From Octopus bimaculoides (Eukaryota): 64,000 bases of DNA. The notes beneath the pieces were generated by a model. That model searched no databases. It worked only from the letters and a program-made list of their open reading frames with translations, and was not told the DNA's origin. The stretch spans positions 6,619,561 through 6,683,560 of the forward strand of contig NC_068991.1 in the NCBI RefSeq assembly GCF_001194135.2, read 5' to 3'. Each line of letters opens with the position of its first letter. Within the stretch, counting starts at the first letter, position 1. This document shows positions 1 through 11,098 of this stretch, in pieces. The translations under genes and the position numbers were made by a program.

Positions 1-559
1 AAAACATTTCAAAAAATTTCCTTCAATACTGCAGAACTCCAAATGATTTGAATTCGTTTGTGTACATTCAATGGCTTCCAATGATTTGAAAACTGTAAGT
101 GAATTTTTATTTTTGTACTTTGGTAGTTTTAGTAACAGAAAAAAAAAACAAAACAAAAAAAAAACTGACAGAATATGAAACAACCTCTTTGGTAGAGAAA
201 GAAATGAAGATCTGAATATATTTGAACTTTTTTCAAAAGCAGTGAAAAAGATATGAAAATCAAAGATGTAGATGACAAATGTCAAAAAAAACTTTTTAAA
301 AATTGGAAAAAAAAAAAAAAATTACCGAACAAAATGGATATAATGCAAATGTTTGAGAAAATTAAGAGAGATCAGCAAAATCCCAATCCAAGAAACAGAT
401 TAAAGAAAATACCAAGTAGTAGGAGAAATATAAATGATTTATACACATGTGTATATGTATATATATATAGAGAGAGAGTGTAGAACACCAAAGACCACAT
501 CAGTGTGAGAGCTGCCCTGTGCTTTATTGCGCTTTTAGATATACAAAGTTTATCTTTAC

Positions 560-655
560 CTGAACGACTAGGTGATGACGGACCTTCATCTTCACGTTTA
601 CGAGCAAAGAATCTTCCAAATGGTGATTTGGAACGTGATCGTTTCTTCTCCTTAT
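560..655 (-). CDS. beta-Spec: Probable linker exon before the PH domain: (D)KEKKRSRSKSPFGRFFARKREDEGPSSPSRS
   Basis: 96 nt, phase 1-1, tttgtattag acceptor, CAG|GTAAAG donor; RSRSKSPF resembles a motif I recall from invertebrate beta-spectrin linkers. Confidence 0.8.
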
Positions 656-1239
656 CTAATACAAAAATTACGAAGTACATTATTATAGTAATTGATCATT
701 AGGACAAGATGCTCTGCCAACAAAAGCATCTGCCAGCCCAAAGCCTTGAAAAGCAAATCCCAAGCAAAACAGTGGCAGCACCGAGGCCAAAAAGCCTATT
801 CCTTCCTACCAATCATGCAGCAGAAAACACTTAAACGTGTCAGTTCAACAAACTCACAACAAACCTAATAATTCTTTCTGCTTTCCAACAAAAGATTGGA
901 AAGAATAGTGAGAAGCTAGTAGAATGTTAGAAGAAATACTTAACGTCTATGCTAGTAGCAGAAGACATGAGAAGAATGCTGTGCTGGTTTGAATTAAGTG
1001 AAAAGTAGTGACTTATAATTGCGTTGAGTGCTGTTAAAACTGTTTCACTTGAATACACAAGTGCATAGAAGCAACAACTTTTAATACAATTTTAAACATT
1101 TTGGCAATCAATAGTTAAAGCTTTTCTTGCAAGGAGTAGCGTTAGTTTTTTGTGAATGGGAGGAAATGGATATAAATGGATTTAATTTTTTTTTTTTTTT
1201 TTAAAGTTTCAAGGAGAATTTCAATTTTAAGCAATAGTC

Positions 1240-2126
1240 NNNNNNNNNNNNNNNNNNNNNNNNNNNNNNNNNNNNNNNNNNNNNNNNNNNNNNNNNNNNN
1301 NNNNNNNNNNNNNNNNNNNNNNNNNNNNNNNNNNNNNNNNNNNNNNNNNNNNNNNNNNNNNNNNNNNNNNNNNNNNNNNNNNNNNNNNNNNNNNNNNNNN
1401 NNNNNNNNNNNNNNNNNNNNNNNNNNNNNNNNNNNNNNNNNNNNNNNNNNNNNNNNNNNNNNNNNNNNNNNNNNNNNNNNNNNNNNNNNNNNNNNNNNNN
1501 NNNNNNNNNNNNNNNNNNNNNNNNNNNNNNNNNNNNNNNNNNNNNNNNNNNNNNNNNNNNNNNNNNNNNNNNNNNNNNNNNNNNNNNNNNNNNNNNNNNN
1601 NNNNNNNNNNNNNNNNNNNNNNNNNNNNNNNNNNNNNNNNNNNNNNNNNNNNNNNNNNNNNNNNNNNNNNNNNNNNNNNNNNNNNNNNNNNNNNNNNNNN
1701 NNNNNNNNNNNNNNNNNNNNNNNNNNNNNNNNNNNNNNNNNNNNNNNNNNNNNNNNNNNNNNNNNNNNNNNNNNNNNNNNNNNNNNNNNNNNNNNNNNNN
1801 NNNNNNNNNNNNNNNNNNNNNNNNNNNNNNNNNNNNNNNNNNNNNNNNNNNNNNNNNNNNNNNNNNNNNNNNNNNNNNNNNNNNNNNNNNNNNNNNNNNN
1901 NNNNNNNNNNNNNNNNNNNNNNNNNNNNNNNNNNNNNNNNNNNNNNNNNNNNNNNNNNNNNNNNNNNNNNNNNNNNNNNNNNNNNNNNNNNNNNNNNNNN
2001 NNNNNNNNNNNNNNNNNNNNNNNNNNNNNNNNNNNNNNNNNNNNNNNNNNNNNNNNNNNNNNNNNNNNNNNNNNNNNNNNNNNNNNNNNNNNNNNNNNNN
2101 NNNNNNNNNNNNNNNNNNNNNNNNNN
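1240..2126. other. Assembly gap (887 N) flanked by an identical 90-bp sequence on both sides
   Basis: 1150-1239 equals 2127-2216, including the 17-T tract. Confidence 0.95.
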
Positions 2127-3366
2127 TTGTGAATGGGAGGAAATGGATATAAATGGATTTAATTTTTTTTTTTTTTTTTAAAGTTTCAAGGAGAATTTCA
2201 ATTTTAAGCAATAGTCAACTATGATTCCACAATCCTCCACATGTGTAAAATGCTTATAAAAACCCAATAAAATTCTGTGAGATTTTCTTCACAAAATGTG
2301 TCAAGTGATGGAAACCATTTCAAAATGCCCAGATTTTTGAGTTCAGTTAGTAAAAAAATTAATTACTGCAGGTGGTTATTTGAAATATTTCCAATGAAAC
2401 TGACCATATCTTAAAAGCTTGTAATAATTACAGCTAAACATAAGCTACACACACACTTTACAATATTTTCTTAAATTCTGAAAATTTGGATTTCAGCACA
2501 TTATTAGCGCCATCCAAATATCACAAGAAAAAAAATATCAGCAATCATGAAGTAAGAATAGCAACTTATCAGACGGGCAGGTAAGCTGCCTTGTTTGTCA
2601 TGACATATGATTTTATAGCAATAGCTAAACTAAAAGAAATATGTAGGAATTTAAAATATCCAAGTTACAACTTTTAGAAATATTGAACGATTTATAAGTT
2701 GATGTCCTAAAGTTGAAACAAACTTGGCACTGAACGATGATGAGTATTCAGTTCTTGAGATAAATATCCCTAGAGATGACATGATGGGTCAACATGAGAG
2801 GTCAATAGCTATGAGTAATCAGCAGGTTTTAGTAAAACACGGACAATCAAATGCACGCAAATAATCTACATTCTAAGATAAAAAAAAAGACACAAATGAA
2901 AGAATCTGTCATATAACATTAAGTCTGGTGATTAACTGAAAATGCCATTATGCATTAAAAAAAAAATCTACCAGTTTTTATTAAAATGAAACGATTAAAA
3001 ATGTAATATTTAAGAACTTAATATATCAAAATGAAAGTTAATGGATTTTATAAAAGATTAATCTTTTAATTAATATATTTATGACAGATTCCGTGAATGA
3101 TAAAACAAGATATAAAACCTACATTATTTAATGTGTAATTATTTATATTTTACACAAAGAGTTACTTGTTAAAAGTCATCTGTGATTGGTAATTTATGCA
3201 TAATTACAGTTATATCCTTATACATAACAGTACTTTACATAAAGTATTTACAATGGAATAAATTATAATCAATTGCAGCGTGGAAGGTAATGTTTACTAT
3301 AAATTAAAAACTGAAAATTACAACAAAAAATTGAGAAAATTAAAATGACTGGACAACAACCTCATG

Positions 3367-3454
3367 CAACTGAGTAATCGGCAGCAAGAACAGAGTTAGA
3401 TGAACATAGACAACTGAGTAATTAGTACCAAGAACAGAGTTAGATGAACATAAC
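3367..3454. repeat. Two tandem copies of a 44-bp unit
   Basis: caactgagtaat...caagaacagagttagatgaacata at 3367 and 3411. Confidence 0.9.
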
Positions 3455-3890
3455 TGCAACTCTTGGAGAGTTAAAAAAAAAAATCATCTAATGACAATTT
3501 CCCACTTATGACAAGTTATAAGAAAAGAGGAGTTTCGACAAGTAAAGATCATAGTAACAGATATACATGATCTCACAGACAGAACGTAATTGAACAGCAT
3601 TAAGTGAAAAGGTGTAGAAACCAGATGATGAAGAAAAAGAAAGATTCCGGCTAAGATGAAAACCATGGTTATCAAAATTGAAATGATGAGCAAACACATA
3701 CACACAATGAATAATAAAAAAAAAAAAATGTTAAAAAAATTCTGGGATGGTGCAAATTTGGTATATATCTGAAAATATTTTGGTAGGTTTGACAATGAAT
3801 CCCATATAAAATAAAAGCTATTCCTTTTAACTCATCAAAAATTTGTCTCAAAAGAAAATATCTGCTGTACAGCAGCACGCACAATGAAAA

Positions 3891-4579
3891 NNNNNNNNNN
3901 NNNNNNNNNNNNNNNNNNNNNNNNNNNNNNNNNNNNNNNNNNNNNNNNNNNNNNNNNNNNNNNNNNNNNNNNNNNNNNNNNNNNNNNNNNNNNNNNNNNN
4001 NNNNNNNNNNNNNNNNNNNNNNNNNNNNNNNNNNNNNNNNNNNNNNNNNNNNNNNNNNNNNNNNNNNNNNNNNNNNNNNNNNNNNNNNNNNNNNNNNNNN
4101 NNNNNNNNNNNNNNNNNNNNNNNNNNNNNNNNNNNNNNNNNNNNNNNNNNNNNNNNNNNNNNNNNNNNNNNNNNNNNNNNNNNNNNNNNNNNNNNNNNNN
4201 NNNNNNNNNNNNNNNNNNNNNNNNNNNNNNNNNNNNNNNNNNNNNNNNNNNNNNNNNNNNNNNNNNNNNNNNNNNNNNNNNNNNNNNNNNNNNNNNNNNN
4301 NNNNNNNNNNNNNNNNNNNNNNNNNNNNNNNNNNNNNNNNNNNNNNNNNNNNNNNNNNNNNNNNNNNNNNNNNNNNNNNNNNNNNNNNNNNNNNNNNNNN
4401 NNNNNNNNNNNNNNNNNNNNNNNNNNNNNNNNNNNNNNNNNNNNNNNNNNNNNNNNNNNNNNNNNNNNNNNNNNNNNNNNNNNNNNNNNNNNNNNNNNNN
4501 NNNNNNNNNNNNNNNNNNNNNNNNNNNNNNNNNNNNNNNNNNNNNNNNNNNNNNNNNNNNNNNNNNNNNNNNNNNNNNN
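3891..4579. other. Assembly gap (689 N)
   Basis: N run. Confidence 0.99.
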
Positions 4580-5170
4580 TAAGGTTATATTTATAAGAAA
4601 AAAATTCTCATTTGAATATATTTAAAAAGTTTATGGAATGGGAATGTTTAAAAAAAAAAAAACGCAAAAGGTCTCTGGCTTTTGTTGTGAAGTTTAGAAT
4701 ATATAGAAGCAGAATGAAAGCATTACAGTAAAATATGAAAGTGAAAAGATTACAGCAGTAAATGCAAAAATGAAGAATAACGAAAAAAGAAAAAAAAAAA
4801 AAGGAAAATGAAATGAGAGCTTTGACAGATAGAAAATAGGCAAATTGTATTTTAGAAAGAGGTGGAGGGGTTTTTGATTTTTATAGCGCAGAGCAAGACA
4901 CTAGAATTGTAATTTGAAATAAAATCTACAGTTTTTAAAATTATACAAAAATTGACTTAAAATTGATTATCAGATTAATAATTTAAAGTTTAATTACATA
5001 AAATTTATTTTATGTATTATTTATATGTGTATATAGTGTGAAGTTTAAAACTTACAACTCGTTAATATATAAATTAGGTTACTTTTAATGTTTTATAAAT
5101 GAACAATATTTTAGTGAAAATGGTAAGCTAATGGATGATGGTCTTGAGACAGTGTTGTAAAAGCACCTAC

Positions 5171-5269
5171 TATTCTCAGAGTCGGCCCTTTGAGGGAGTG
5201 ACCTGGACTTTGAGTGGACTGTAGTATCATCTGTAGCTTGGTATGATGACGATTCGTTTAATACAGCGC
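5171..5269 (-). CDS. beta-Spec: Probable linker cassette exon: (G)AVLNESSSYQATDDTTVHSKSRSLPQRADSEN
   Basis: 99 nt, phase 1-1. Pyrimidine-rich tract plus caag acceptor, GTAGGT donor, open frame, GC island; an alternative donor after 5167 is possible. Confidence 0.65.
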
Positions 5270-7836
5270 CTTGATTGACAAAACAACAACAGAAGATTGA
5301 CGCATGCGAGAAAAGTGGTTGTTACATGCAAAACTTGAAGGTTCACTTAGAGAGAAAAATAGAAAAAATAAGAAATTCGATCAAATAAAAGAAAACAAAA
5401 CAAAAAAGAAACAAGGAGATGGTTTCTCCAAACCTTTGATGGTTGATTATTTGGAAAGGTTTTACAACTTTAATATATTTTTGAAACATTTTTAAGCAAC
5501 ATTAGGACAGAATGGAAAAGTAAAAGGAAAAAGTAGGCCTGCAGTAGGAGATAATGTCGCAGAATGGAGACAGCAAGTATCAGCAGTAAAGTGAAACAGG
5601 CATAGTTTAGAGTAGTTTTGTGTGTGTAGGTTTAAAAAGCTGAGCGAGTTGAGTCGCAGCAGAGTTTACAAATACACTGACCAGAGAACGAGAGAGAGAG
5701 ATACCACCGTCAGTTATAATTTTGTAATATTTGAAGCAATTTTTTGTTTGTTTGTTAGTTGTAATGAAAATATAAGCTTAAATAAGCAACTTTATTTGGA
5801 AGTCGTTAAGCAAATTGTTATACATTTTCTGTATATAAATTCATAACTTGCTTTTATGCATTTTATAAATAAATTTACTTTAGATTTCTAAGGATTATAC
5901 TGAAGATTTTTTTTTATTCTCATTTTGATAGAATCCAGAAAAGTTAGACTGCATTTTAAACTAGAGATTAAATAAAGCCACCAGAATTTGAATGGGAAAA
6001 GTGGTGTGAAATATCCAAGAGTTGATCAGTTAATTATTACAAATTATTGATGCCAAAAGGAGCTTTGATGCCATGATTATATGAGACATGGATATATGAA
6101 GCGTGTTAAAACAACAAATATAAACAAAACCCGCAAATATTAATGCTGTTTATCACGATGCAAATGTTAAAACTGCGTTTCTATAATTTTTTTTTTTAAA
6201 TATGGTTAAAAATGATTAAGAAAGCTTATATAAAACGCCACCCAACAGACAAAACTAGTCACCTTTTGGTACTGGTCTCAATGTATCTTTAGCTGGTAGT
6301 GTTGTGTGGGTCACAGTTTGACCTGTTGTGAGTAACAACAATAAGTATTTAGTGTATATATTATAACACTAATCTGGCTTAACAATGGTCTCTATCAGCC
6401 ATCCGTATTAACTTCAACTAACACACGTAAATGACAACATTTTTATATTTGGCATATAATTCAAATGATATTGGTTTAATAAACTATCATAAATATTATT
6501 GTAATTATTATTCAATATGGCCCAAGAAAGAAGAGCATTATAACATTATTACATGTCCTTCATTATAGCAGTGTTGCTTGACCCGCAAATTTGAGAACTT
6601 GATCGACACATCTCTCTCTTCTTGAAGTCTTCTGTATCTGAATTCTTCATATGATATTATTTAAACAAAAATTGCTCACAAAAGTTAATTTTGTATTAGC
6701 CTAATACTACAAAAACTTAGTTATTAGTAAATGCCTTCCTTGCTAAAATAAACAGGTCACTATAGCAATGCAAATTCAGTGACAATTTTCCATTTCTTTA
6801 TTTTTTTTTTTTTTTGTATTATTACAAAGTGTAATTTAAGGATTTGGATTAACTCGTGACATCTTCACTCTGGAAAATAGAAGATTAAGCATGCAAGAAA
6901 GATACAAATAAGGCAACTGAATACAGATGAGACAGGATTCGTTTACCATTTGAAAAATTCAATTGGTATGAAGCCGCAAATAAAAATAAAAAATAAAAAA
7001 GAGAAAGATATAACACAATTCAAGTATAAACATAATACAATTATATCAAGCAAAGTATAAAAGTAGGTACAGAAACTGCATAGAAAATAGATATAGAAAA
7101 TGCCACAAACAAAGTGGGACGGGGCAGGGGACAGTCTTTACCTGAAGAAAAGTTTATTTAATAAGTGTTACTAATTAAATTTTGGGTTTGCCATAAAGTT
7201 CCTACCTTTGATCATAATAATACAATCTGTAATAGTACGTATAAGGAGGTTAATTATTTTTAGGCTAATGTCAACAGCTATTTAAAGTTTTCAAATAGAA
7301 ATATTTGGACACACTTTAAAGAATTCCGTTTTTTTTTTTTTAAAACCTCTCCCTAACATCTAAGAACCTATTCTGCAGATCTCACACTGTCTACTAGAAA
7401 ACTGAATGAGCAATTTAGGTGTTATATACATGTTGAATACAGGATTAAACTTGGGAACGTTACTTTATAAAATAATTTTCATATTTTTAACCGACACTAT
7501 TTAGAATAAATAATTAACATACTTAGACACTATAAATCCCAACCAATAAAACTACTTATGTTAGACTAACACAAGTATTGCAGTCTTCTCGCTGCTGCTG
7601 CTGGAAATCTTGTGATGATGGTAGCTCAGGTTGGAGTCAGACAACCAGAAATAAGCTGCAAAACTGAGAATCATGCAGGTTAAAAAATAATTTGACAAAA
7701 ATTCACTGGAAATCAAGTGAGATGCTGCAAAGTTGAAAATACCATTATGCCTTCATTCAGATGAAGGTTATCATTATGGAAAAAAACAGTCCGTAAGACA
7801 GAAACAAAGTGAAAGTGTAGTTTCTTCTCTTCTTAC

Positions 7837-7955
7837 CTGATTCATCAGTTACTTCTTTCTCGCCATTGGTCATAGCAGCTGGTCCTTGATCGTCTGATGT
7901 TGCTTCACCATCTTCTGGTTCAGTTGATACAACTTCTTCTGGTTCTGGCTCGGGT
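7837..7955 (-). CDS. beta-Spec: Exon 40, acidic linker: (P)PEPEPEEVVSTEPEDGE...EVTDES
   Basis: 119 nt, AG/GTAAG, phase 2 to 1. Confidence 0.88.
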
Positions 7956-8043
7956 CTGTGGGAAAAAATGGCAGTTAAATTGGAATTCAGAAAATCAGTA
8001 AGCACTTATAGAAGGAAATATTCTAACATATAATTAGCACAAA

Positions 8044-8225
8044 CATGGCTGTGAGGGTGAGAAGTTCGCTTCTCACCCATGTGCTCTTGGATCCAGTTAA
8101 CTGAAATGACATCTTGAGCAAGTATCTTTTACTATAGCTCTGGGTCAACCAAAGCGTTGCGAGAGGATTTGGTAGAGAGAAACTGAAAGAAGCCCATTGT
8201 GTGTGTGTGAGTGCCTTTGTCTAAA
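8044..8225 (+). mobile_element. SINE-like repeat, family A (octopus-type)
   Basis: Shares gcaagtgtcttctactatagc / tttggtagatggaaactgaaagaagc core with other copies in the window; ends in (TG)n. Confidence 0.7.
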
Positions 8226-8538
8226 CACCTCATGATGGTTGTAAAGTGAGGTTGTTCATTTTCAGTCTATAGAAAACATATCTAGCAACAGGAAATATTA
8301 TCTTGCTTGGAAACAAGTGAGGGTTGTCAACAGAAAGGGTATCTGGTCATAAAAAAATCTGCCTCAATAAATTTTGTGTAACTCATGCAAGCATGGAAAA
8401 GTGGACATTAAATTGATAATATCTAGCCATTTCTTCCTGCTTATAAGCTAGTTTCACCAGTTTCTCACAAATTCATCTTTAATCTAGAGCTTTTCTGACA
8501 GTTATAAATGATAAAATCTTGTAGATGCAAATACTTAC

Positions 8539-8666
8539 GGCTCTTCTGGAGGTACAAATTCTGCAATATATTTTCGTCTCTTCTCTTCTTTAGATTTTTC
8601 TACTTCTTCAGGATGTTGTTGTCGATATTCTTCCTCTTGCCTTCTTTGAATTTCTTTAAGTTCAAA
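8539..8666 (-). CDS. beta-Spec: Exon 39: FELKEIQRRQEEEYRQQHPEE...EFVPPEE
   Basis: 128 nt, AG/GTAAG, phase 0 to 2. Confidence 0.92.
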
Positions 8667-9137
8667 CTAAATTAACAAAACACACTCGTATTATATATAT
8701 GCACACATATAAGAGGCGGGGAAAATATTCTCTAAATGTCAACATTGTAAAATAAATTGAAATTATGTGTGTGTGTGTGTATGTATGCATTGAGTGTTTA
8801 CAGAGTTTAATTATCAACATTTTTGGTTTTTATCCCATCAAAATGCTGAGAAATGAGCTGCTGTACCTTGGGTTTTTGCATATGTTGTCACACAAAATGG
8901 GATGAGTACATTATAGACGAATGTTAAGAGTTTACATGTCATAAGTTGTGTGTTTGAGTGTGTGGATATATTATATACACACACATATAAAAACACTGAC
9001 ATACAAAGGTACAGTTGCTCCATTACTTTGTTGGTTATATTTGAAAGGGATCTGAAAACTTTTTTGTCTGTCGTTTTAGACTTGACCTCCAGAAGCAATT
9101 AAGCTAGTAAAAAAAAAAAAAAGAAAAATCCACTTAC

Positions 9138-9242
9138 TGTTGTAAGTTTTTCGAGGGCAGCAAATCGTTCTTCTTGAGTTGCTGCAGATTTTTCAAAGGC
9201 CTCGTGTTTCTTAATAAGATTTTCAACTGCATCAAGTGTGTC
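9138..9242 (-). CDS. beta-Spec: Exon 38: [35 protein letters not shown]
   Basis: 105 nt, AG/GTAAG, phase 0-0. Confidence 0.97.
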
Positions 9243-9399
9243 CTGCAAAATACAAAGAAAAGAAAAGAAAAAAACATTAAAAATATTTAATATTACTTCC
9301 AATTCTCAAAAACAAATTGTAGAACTGTATATCATTGTAAATTAATTAGTGTAACAATCATAATTGAAAATTATTAACAGAAATAACTGAAATACTTAC

Positions 9400-9491
9400 A
9401 CCAAGATCTTGGTTTTGAAGGTATGGCTCTTGAGCAATAAGCCAAGATTCAGCAACAGCAGCGTCACGAGCAAACTGATATACTTCCAAAA
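9400..9491 (-). CDS. beta-Spec: Exon 37 (partial repeat 17, tetramerisation site): (I)LEVYQFARDAAVAESWLIAQEPYLQNQDLG
   Basis: 92 nt, AG/GTAAG, phase 1 to 0. Confidence 0.97.
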
Positions 9492-9754
9492 CTGAAAACG
9501 AAAGAAATTTTTTTTATTATCGTAAGTCACTGTCTAATATAATATATTAAAACTTACACAATGGATAACTAGTGAACAGGGGAAAAAATAACCCAGATTT
9601 GTGTTTTAACAATGGTCTATAAATTCGTTTTTAGATTTACCCGTGTGTTAATTATGCCAGCATGGAAAATGGGAATGCAATGAGGATGATTAATTAAATC
9701 AACACAGTTACAATGTTGCTAAATATAAGGAGCAAATGCAGTTAGTGATATTTA

Positions 9755-9965
9755 TCATCAACATCATTTAATGTCCGTTTTCTCTGGGTCGGACAGTTTG
9801 ACAAGAGCTGGCAAGCCAGAGGGTTGCCCCAGCCTCCAGTCATCCGTTGTGGCATGGTTTCTATGGTTGGATGCCCTTTCTAATGCCAATCACTTTACAG
9901 AGTGTATTGAGTGCTTTTTATGTCACACCAGCATGGGTGTTTTCTACATGGCACTGGCACAGGCA
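9755..9965 (-). mobile_element. SINE-like repeat, family B (reverse copy)
   Basis: Reverse complement of taggaagggcatccagctgtagaaacc...ttaaatgatgatg. Confidence 0.75.
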
Positions 9966-10487
9966 TTCTCCATAGCCACATATGAATATCAAAATTGATA
10001 TCATGCACAACTAAATTCAAATATTTTAATCACATCTTAGTTCAGTCAACTTTGTTTGATTCGTTATCTGAGCTAGCCAATTACTTTATTATATTTTTGC
10101 TCTAATAAACTTTAAAAGTTAAAAAATTTTTTTTTTTATTCCCATTACAATATTTGGAAAGGTCAGTTACTGCTGAAGAGCTAACAACTTTTGTTTTAGC
10201 CGGAAAAAGTTTAAGCAAAGGAAATATACTTTAATGCTTATCATTTAATGGAGAAACAAACCGCGTGCGTGGTGTGTTTTTTTTTTTAATGGTTACAAGA
10301 CTAGAACTTACAATGAAAAGGCTGAAATTAGATACCACAAAGGCTTTTACCTAATAATTCTAGATAATATTGATTTCCAACAGAGCCACATAGGTACAAG
10401 GACACATTTTTACTCAATGCTCCAATGATTATGTTTAACAATGGAATCAAGTTATATAATATTAGTGACATACAAATTGTTACTTAC

Positions 10488-10572
10488 TGAGCTGCAGGTA
10501 TTCCCATCTCTCATCCCATTGCTCATTCATGGAATGCCTTTGAGATGTTAACTGTATTAATTTTTCTCTCAC
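10488..10572 (-). CDS. beta-Spec: Exon 36: VREKLIQLTSQRHSMNEQWDERWEYLQL
   Basis: 85 nt, AG/GTAAG, phase 0 to 1. Confidence 0.96.
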
Positions 10573-10959
10573 CTAAAAAAGTAGAAACAAAGAATTAGGG
10601 GAAAGTTTAAGTTATAAAATAATCAAAATTTTCTCATAAACATAAGATTCTTATCTTTCTATTTATCTATCCATACACCAAGTTACAAAGGTGTTTTTGC
10701 ATGTTTTACCATAAGAGAGAATTTTCTCTCTGTGGTAATGCAATGAATTGGTCATTGGAAGTTAAAATGTGGTAGCTCCAAATTTACACAGGAAACTTTA
10801 GGTAACAAGATAAATTCTCATTACATAATCATAAGACAAGTAGTGAGCAAGCTAATAAATTAAAATAAATTTAGTTTAAATGAATACAATTTTGGTGAAA
10901 ATATTTCATTAGGAATTATTACAAAGAAACCACTTTCATTAATTAATAAAGAAACTCAC

Positions 10960-11098
10960 TTCACTGGATCGGTAATGTTTGCGAGTTATAAGATCTCTTC
11001 CTAAATTTATACAAATGGCAAAGTTTTCTTCTCGAGCATCGATTTCAGCCTTCAAACTTTGATGGTTGTTCATTAACAACTCTACACCCGACACATCT
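10960..11098 (-). CDS. beta-Spec: Exon 35: (R)DVSGVELLMNNHQSLKAEIDAREENF...HYRSSE
   Basis: 139 nt, AG/GTGAG, phase 2 to 0. Confidence 0.97.

Noticed and set aside
372-559. Read-through of the 560-655 exon (GKDKLCISK...LMWSLVFY...)
   Set aside because: A good donor sits at 559, and the downstream hydrophobic residues come from (TA)n/(TC)n simple repeats.
1150-2216. 90-bp direct repeat around the 887-N gap
   Set aside because: Perfect identity at both contig ends indicates an unmerged overlap; the true gap is probably zero or negative. Assembly artefact, not biology.
3367-3454. CRISPR-like repeat array
   Set aside because: Only two adjacent copies with no spacers, in eukaryotic intron context.
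1176-4582. Long ORFs 1176-2132, 1201-2211 and 3884-4582 in the ORF track
   Set aside because: Composed almost entirely of N-derived X residues.
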